Source: a virus
Taxonomy: Duplodnaviria > Caudoviricetes
IMG/VR virus record: IMGVR_UViG_3300027672_001220
Span: 1 to 29,263 of that record
Strand: one strand, 5' to 3'
Length of the DNA: 29,263 nt
Positions 1 to 7,100 of the stretch are shown in pieces. Positions within the stretch are counted from its first letter, which is position 1. Each line of letters begins with the position of its first letter. The translations under genes were made by a program, and so were the position numbers. The notes under the pieces are model-generated. The model saw nothing but the letters and a program-made list of their open reading frames with translations. It did not search any database and was not told the DNA's origin.

Positions 1-299
1 GTTTGGAAATATTCTATCCAGAGACAGGACGCACAGAACAGATTAGCCAAGTATCAAATTGGAGTGCAACATGGCATCACAGTCATTTGTACAATCCAGA
101 TGTAGCACCGCTTATACCAGCAGGCGCAGTTATTGTGCTAAAGCAATGGTATGATAATACAGAAAACAATCCAAATAATCCAGATGCTGATATGTGGGTA
201 ATGGGCGGTTCAAGAACAGGCGATGAAATGACACATGCTTGGCTTGCTATTACACACTTAGACGAGGAAGGTTATAATAATCTTCAAGCTCAACGATGA
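1..299 (+). CDS. C-terminal fragment (5'-truncated by window) of a copper type II ascorbate-dependent monooxygenase-like (PHM/PNGase F fold) protein
   Basis: Open from the window edge. W-H-H-S-H..Y...P..PAG....WYDN..NNPNNPD....GG.RT.DEM.HAW resembles the C-terminal domain of bacterial PHM-like proteins; the M of DEM corresponds to the CuM Met ligand. Confidence 0.65.
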   Translation, partial: LEIFYPETGRTEQISQVSNWSATWHHSHLYNPDVAPLIPAGAVIVLKQWYDNTENNPNNPDADMWVMGGSRTGDEMTHAWLAITHLDEEGYNNLQAQR

Positions 300-427
300 T
301 GTCGGGGTGGGTAATATACGGAATTCTTATTTTTGCTAATATAGCAACGTATATAATGATACAGATGTATTTTGAAGGACACGAAGCATTTAACGAAATT
401 AAGCGCGTCGGAGACTTTAAACTATAA
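296..427 (+). CDS. Small membrane protein, 43 aa (MMSGWVIYGILIFANIATYIMIQMYFEGHEAFNEIKRVGDFKL)
   Basis: Read by hand, below the ORF-track cutoff. ATG at 296 overlaps the upstream TGA (ATGA coupling), there is one hydrophobic helix, and TAA is at 425-427. Confidence 0.6.
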   Translation: MMSGWVIYGILIFANIATYIMIQMYFEGHEAFNEIKRVGDFKL

Positions 428-709
428 CTTACCAATAGGCGTAGTACTGCTGGCAGACATGTTCCAAACCTGCTTGCGTTCTACGCCTTTCTTTTGAGCA
501 AAGCGTTTTGCGTCACAATTACTACACACATGGAAATAATTATTACTTAATCGCTTTGGGTCCATGCTGCCCTTAGTGCGAACAAACTCTGTGTCGCAAT
601 TATCACACCTAAATACACAATGAGTAACTTCGCGCTTGTAGGGGTGTTCCTTGCCCGTTTTGCTTTTACGAACGTGCCGGGTTTGCTGTTTAAATTCTTT
701 TATATACAT
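422..709 (-). CDS. Basic Zn-finger protein, 95 aa (CDNC...CSNC)
   Basis: Sub-ORF of 422..805 starting at the ATG at 709 (MYIKEFK...). It has two CxxC pairs, is Lys/Arg-rich, and has a TAAATA box just upstream. The longer start would overlap the divergent iscA promoter and gene. Confidence 0.75.
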   Translation of the reverse strand: MYIKEFKQQTRHVRKSKTGKEHPYKREVTHCVFRCDNCDTEFVRTKGSMDPKRLSNNYFHVCSNCDAKRFAQKKGVERKQVWNMSASSTTPIGKL

Positions 710-714
710 AACTA

Positions 715-721
715 TATTTAC
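715..721 (-). promoter_or_regulatory. Late-promoter-like GTAAATA box for the Zn-finger gene
   Basis: The reverse complement reads taatGTAAATAtagttATG, with the box 5 nt upstream of the ATG and no Shine-Dalgarno (SD) sequence. Confidence 0.45.
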
Positions 722-741
722 ATTAAGATTACAAAATAAAA

Positions 742-750
742 GAATAAATA
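742..750 (+). promoter_or_regulatory. T4-late-like promoter box GAATAAATA
   Basis: ATAAATA core 20 nt upstream of the iscA ATG (771), the same spacing as the other boxes in this window. Confidence 0.55.
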
Positions 751-770
751 ATAGCATAGAAGGAAATTTA

Positions 771-1130
771 ATGGCAATTTGTACACTAACAGAAAAAGCA
801 GTCAAACAAATAGACTCTATTTGTGATGATAACGATGTCTATGCAGTATGCTTAGACCTTAAAGGCGGCGGTTGCGCTGGCTTTGAATACGACTGGACAA
901 CTTTAGATTCAGAAACAGATGTAGAAAAAAATGATGTAGTTATAGGGCGGTTTGTTATTAGAGCAGCCACTGTAATGTATCTAATAGGTACAGAAATAGA
1001 CTATGTAAGGAACTTAGTAGGTTCAAATTTTGATATTAAAAATCCAAACGCAGAATCAGCATGTGGTTGCGGCGTAAGTATTAACTTTGATATAGACAAG
1101 TTAGACAATTCATTAGCAATAGCAATATAA
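771..1130 (+). CDS. iscA: A-type Fe-S cluster carrier protein (IscA/SufA/ErpA, HesB family), 119 aa
   Basis: LTEKA, GGGCAGFEY and NPNA..ACGCG.S motifs supply the three conserved Cys. AGGAA SD precedes ATG 771; the ORF-track start at 651 is too long. Confidence 0.92.
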   Translation: MAICTLTEKAVKQIDSICDDNDVYAVCLDLKGGGCAGFEYDWTTLDSETDVEKNDVVIGRFVIRAATVMYLIGTEIDYVRNLVGSNFDIKNPNAESACGCGVSINFDIDKLDNSLAIAI

Positions 1131-1147
1131 AACACGGAGCATAAAGA

Positions 1148-4100
1148 ATGGCAAAGCAAGGTATAGACATCGGCATTGAAGGTAATGACGGTACAGGTGA
1201 TAGCATACGCGAATCATTTCGTAAAGTAAATGAAAACTTTCAAGAGTTGTATGCAGTATTTGGAATAGGTGGACAAATATCATTCACTGATCTAAATGAT
1301 ACTCCAGGTACATACGAAGGTAACGAAAACAAAGTTCCACTTGTAAAATCAGATGGTAGTGGTATTGACTTACTTACACTTGCTTCAGATAATGCACTAG
1401 ACGGCACACCAGATACTATTGGGTTTGACTTTACTCAAACAGGTAAAGTAATTATCAAGCAGCTAGTTAGTAAGGTATCAAACGACCCTGAGCCTATTTT
1501 AGGCGGCCCGATGGATGCATCAACGCAGCCAATTGCTAACGTAAGTGTTACACAGTCAGCTATTGATACTTTTAACTCAATACACGGCACAGCGTTAACA
1601 ACTGGTGCTCTTGTTATTGACAAAGCATTTGCAGATAGAAACTACCAACAAAAAGACGTTGCAGGTGGCGGCTTACGTCTTGCCAACGAGCCAACAGATG
1701 CAACAGGATATGTGTTTACTGCTTCTGGAATCAGTGTTGGTAATTTAACTATCACTGCACATGGACTAACAGAAGCGTTCAATGGCGCAGGATTCATCTT
1801 TAACTCAACAGGCACTGATCCGTTTGGCGCCACTACTGGAAGCACATATTACATTAACATTGTCGATACTAACACTATTGCACTTTATCCAACCGAAGCT
1901 AATGCTATTTCTAATACATCACGTATTTTACTAAGTGGCGGCAGTGGTACATTTACAATTACTGATGCTGCTTACGATGCTACACTAGAGGGTTTTTTCT
2001 TAGACAATGTTGCTATTCCACGTAAGAGTGTAGTAAGACGCCAAGGCGATGACATGGCAGGCACACTTAACTTGTTTGATCATCCAGGCGAGCTAAAAGG
2101 TACTGGCTTACCAAATGGACCAGATGACTTGCAAGCTGCTACAAAGCTATATGTTGATAACGCAGCAGCACAAAGTAATGTTAACTTATATGTAAGTACA
2201 GCAGGTAACGACTTACAAACATACACACCTGATGGTAAACAAGGTAGAGCTCCTGCATATGCTTATCGCACAATTAACGCAGCAGCTAAGAAAGCAGAAG
2301 AATTAATTATTGCTGCACCACCTGAGCCAGGTCCGTATATGCAGATTATGCAACTTGCAACTGGCACAGCAAAAGCATTAACTAATACAGTAGGAATTGC
2401 ATCGGGTATTGCTAATCGTTCAAATGCAAGAGCAATCATTGTTGCTAACAAAGAATTTATTGCTAAAGAAGTTACGGGCTACATTGATGCTACATTCCCT
2501 AACTTTGCAGGAACATACAGTTTAGAAATTTGTCAACGAGACGTTGCGTTTATTTTAGACAGTGTTAGTTTAGACGCGCTGTTAGGTAACAGTGCTAACT
2601 TCCTATCACGTTGGGCAGGCATACGTTATTACTCAAATGTTAGTGCGCAAAAAGCAATTGGCTCACAGCGTGTAGAAACTATTGCAGGCATCACATATGC
2701 TAAGACTATTGTTACACAATATATTTTAACTAACACAGCAGTACCAACAACATACCAATCACGAGTTTTACAGAATGTAAATTTAACACTACCAGATAGT
2801 AGTGCTGATGATGCTATCGCAGCAAGAATGGACGATGTGTTAGCTGTTATTGCTAACGGACCATTAGATGCTCCGGCAATTGTTGATGGTACTACTACAT
2901 ATAAGATTAATATGAACAACGGTGGACTTGGATTTATTAAACAAGCTAACCCTGCTAATACTGATATTATTCCTGGTAAAGTTGTACGAGGTGTAAACTC
3001 CGGAGCAACAGCACGTATTATAGATTATAAACACGAAAGCGGGCCAAGGGCTGTAGCTGTTGCAGGAACAGATGAACTTGAAGTTCAACTACTAGAGCCA
3101 ATTGAATTTGTTGCTGGGGAAGAATTAGAGTACGGCAACTATGTAAGAGAAACACAAATTGCTATTCGTGTTGAATCAGGAATTTACGAAGAAGACTATC
3201 CAATTCGTATACCTGCAAACGTAAGTGTTAAAGGCGACGAGTTTAGACGTTGTATTATACGTCCTAAGAAACGTGTTTCACAATCACGTTGGGCGAATAC
3301 GTTCTTCTATCGCGATGCAGAATTTGATGGAATGATTTTAGGTAAGTCTAATATTGCATCTGTTGCATTTGACACACAATTAGATGCTAGTAGAACACCA
3401 GGAACATACACTGTAAGTTTATGGACAACTAATAAGTTAGGCACCCTTGCTACATTTACTATTGTAATTGGCACAGATGGTGCTATTTCAAGTATTACTC
3501 CAGTTAACAAAGGTACTAGTTTCCAGAAAGGCGAACGTATTACTGTACTAGATGCACAACTAGGAGCAGGCGGCGCAGCAGCAATTACATTTACAGTTGC
3601 TAGTGTACCAAACGGAATTGAATATGTAAATCCACTTACTAATGTAGTAGATGGATACTTTGGTTATCATTACTTAAATAAGCCTAACTCATTACGTAAC
3701 ACAGGTTCTGGTTACGAGAACGTAGGCAAGTGGAATACTAATGCACTTACACTTATTGACAACAAAGAGTTTATTCAAGAGCAAGTTGTTAACTACATTG
3801 AAACTACATATCCTGCACTAGTTGGTTCTTACAGCAGAACTAAATGCTTTAGAGATGTAGGATTAATTGTTGATGCGCTAGTAAAAGATTTACGCAATGG
3901 TGGCAACGAGTTTGCACTAGAAACACAAGGTGAGTATTATGCAGGCGCAGTAGAAGCAGGAACAGAAGATGAAACTGTTGCAGGTATACAACATGTCTAC
4001 ACAATGGCTGAAAAACTAATACTTGGCCAATCACCAACTACAACTTATAATCAAGCCGGTGGAGCACTTGCTGACAGACTTTATGCAGAAGACTTGTATA

Positions 4101-7100
4101 ATGGATCAGGTGAGCCAGTAGCATGGGCAGCAAGCACAGTTTATCGTTTAGGCACAGTAGTTACATTTACAGCAGCAAGTGTTAAAACATATTATACTCC
4201 AACTAAAGAACACACTGGCGGAGCAGTATTTAACGCAGCAGAAATTTCATCAAACTGGAGAGTTATTGACAGTCCAGCAGTTGTATTACAAAACTTACTA
4301 GACACTGTTAAGTTTGCGTTTAATGTAGATTACAATCCACCGCTACGCAATGCAGACTGTGATGTGTTCTTAATGAACGATGCTACTATGGTACGTAACT
4401 TAACTGTACAAGGACACGGCGGATTTATGTGTGTACTTGATCCTGAAGGACAGGTTCTAACTAAGTCCCCATATATACAAACTGGTTCAAGTTTCTCACA
4501 GTCACTTAACAAGCAAGCATTTAGAGGCGGATTGTTTGTTGATGCGTTTGTTGGTAACAGTGCAGTACAAGTTATAAGCAAAATAGACGGCAGTGCATTT
4601 AGATTAGGAATTCAAAGTTTAGGATCAGCAGCAGCACCACAAGGATTGTTTGTAAGGCGTCCTGAAACCCCAAGTGCATTTTATATAGACGGTAGACGTT
4701 TTCAAATTAATGCTGTTACTGCATACGACAAAGCGGCTGGTACAGCGGAGCTAATATTAGCACCAAGTTCAAATGGCGGAGCTGGCTTTACAGGCATAAC
4801 AAGTGCGTTGGCTACAGGAGTTGACTTAGACTCAGTAGGTACATTCCAGTTTGATACAGTAAAATGCGGAAGAGATACAGGATACATACTTGACGCTGTT
4901 ACATACGACCTTGCGTTAGGCACTAATTATAAAGCAGTTTATAATGGTATTGCGTATCAAAGAGCAACGGGCGCATATCTTATTGCAAACCAAAAGACAC
5001 AAACTACAACAGCTATTACTAAAGGTAAAACTGAAGTTGCACTACTTGCACCAGTAATAGCAACAAGTGCAGCATTATCAAGATCAAATGCAGCCTTTGA
5101 TGAAATTATTGATATTATTAATAACGGTGTTGTAAGTGTTACAGAGCCAGGCGTAAACAGTGCAGATGCATTAACATTCCCTGCACCGGCAACACTTCCA
5201 ACCACTGACGCAGACGATGCAGCAGTACGTTTACAAGCTAACAGAGCTTTCCTAGCAGCAGAAGTAGTAGCATATGTAAATGCTAACACTCCTCCAGCAG
5301 GATTTAGTCAAGCTAAATGCTTGCGTGATGCAGGCTTTATTGTCGATGCATTAACGTATGACGTACTATACGGCGGCAACAGTGCTACAGTAATTAATGC
5401 TCGTGCATATCACGATGCAGCAGTTGCGCAGCTTCCAGAGGCACAAAGAGTTGCTACAGCAGCAGCATACGCACACTTAGCAACAGTTGTTGCAGCAGTT
5501 GTTACAGATGCAACAGGAGTTACAAGTACAACTCCAACAACGGGTAACGCATCAGTACAAGTTACAACAGGCGCAGCAGCAACAGGTACAGAAGGTACAG
5601 TACTTGACGGATTACTACAGCATATTGAAGATGTTATAACAGCAGGAAACTTAAATAGCTTACCAGCTGAAATATTCCCAAATCTAACAGCACTTGCAGT
5701 AAGTGCAGGATTAATTGCAGCAGCTAATAGTGTTATTAGCAACAGAGCATTAATTATCAACCGTGTTATACAAAGTGTTGCAGCGCCATTACCAATTACA
5801 CTACAAACTGCTGGTAACAGAAGTATACTAGGAAACGACTTTACACAAGTTAACGACTTAGGATACGGACTAGTTGCATGTAACGGTGCGCTATCAGAGA
5901 TGGTTAGTATGTTTACATATTACTGTCATGCTAGTTACTATTCAAAGAACGGTGCTGAAATTAGATCACTAACAGGTTCTAGTTGTTATGGTGAGTTTGG
6001 TCTAGTTGCTGAAGGCAGTGATCCAAACGAAATTCCAGATGCAGTTGCATTGTATGAAGATATGACGCAACCGATAAAGGCATTTGATGCTAAAATTATT
6101 TTAGACACTACTGGATTCTTAGTACTAACAACAGGTGAAACATTAACACAAGCAGGTTCAGGAGCAACAGGAGTTGTTACAGTCGGAACAAGTCAAACAG
6201 GTGGTTCGAATGTAATTTACTTAACAACAGTTACAGGATCGTTTGATACAACAAATACACTAACAGGTAGTACAAGCGGTGCGCTTGGAGCAGCTAGTGT
6301 TCCAGTTGCAGTTGACTCAAACGGTTATGCTAACACAGTACAGAGCTTGGCACTTTATGCATACGACATGAAAGATGCTCCGTCAAACAGATCAGAAGTT
6401 AACGTGTGGCATCCGGCTCGTCCAGCATTTGCACGTTACGAAGTTGCAAACGCAGAACTTGTTAATCATATAGTTGGTGAGTATCCATTACTTGTAGAAA
6501 CAACAGATTACTCATTTACTAAAGCTAACGCAGCAGCAACTGGATTTATTTTTAATATCTACAAAACAATTGACGCAGGGTATACAGTAACATTTACAGC
6601 AGGAAACGACGGAGTTAATTATACAATAGGCGATGCATTTGTTGTAACTGGTGATAAACTAGGTGGCGCAACTACAGCAAACGATTGTACAGTTACAGTT
6701 GCAACAGTAGACGGTACAGGACAAATACTAACAGTTACAGTTACAGGTACTATTGCAATTGAACCAACTACACCTAAGTATAGCGGTGCTGTTTATAAGT
6801 TAAACTTCTCATCAAGTGATACACAATTTAGTGCAAATGGATTGTTGGAAATAGTTCCGTTTAACTATAATGTTGTTTACTACAGAAACCAAACACACAT
6901 TATTAGTGACTTGGCTCGTCCAGATGTATTAACAATTCGTCCAAGTACAGCATTAACGTTTGATGAGAACCCAGGCTTTGTTTACAGAAGTATTAGCTTC
7001 TTAACAAGTAATAGTTTGGGAACAGATTTGCCAGCTAATGTTGCACAAGCAGGACTTGATAGCACTTACGACTTTATTAGATTAACAGTTGATAGTGCTA

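Noticed and set aside
651-770. N-terminal extension of the IscA ORF given by the ORF track
   Set aside because: It overlaps the divergent gene and promoter region. Family similarity and the SD both point to ATG 771.
710-805. N-terminal extension of the minus-strand 127-aa ORF
   Set aside because: It runs through the AT-rich intergenic promoters and into iscA. ATG 709 is more plausible.
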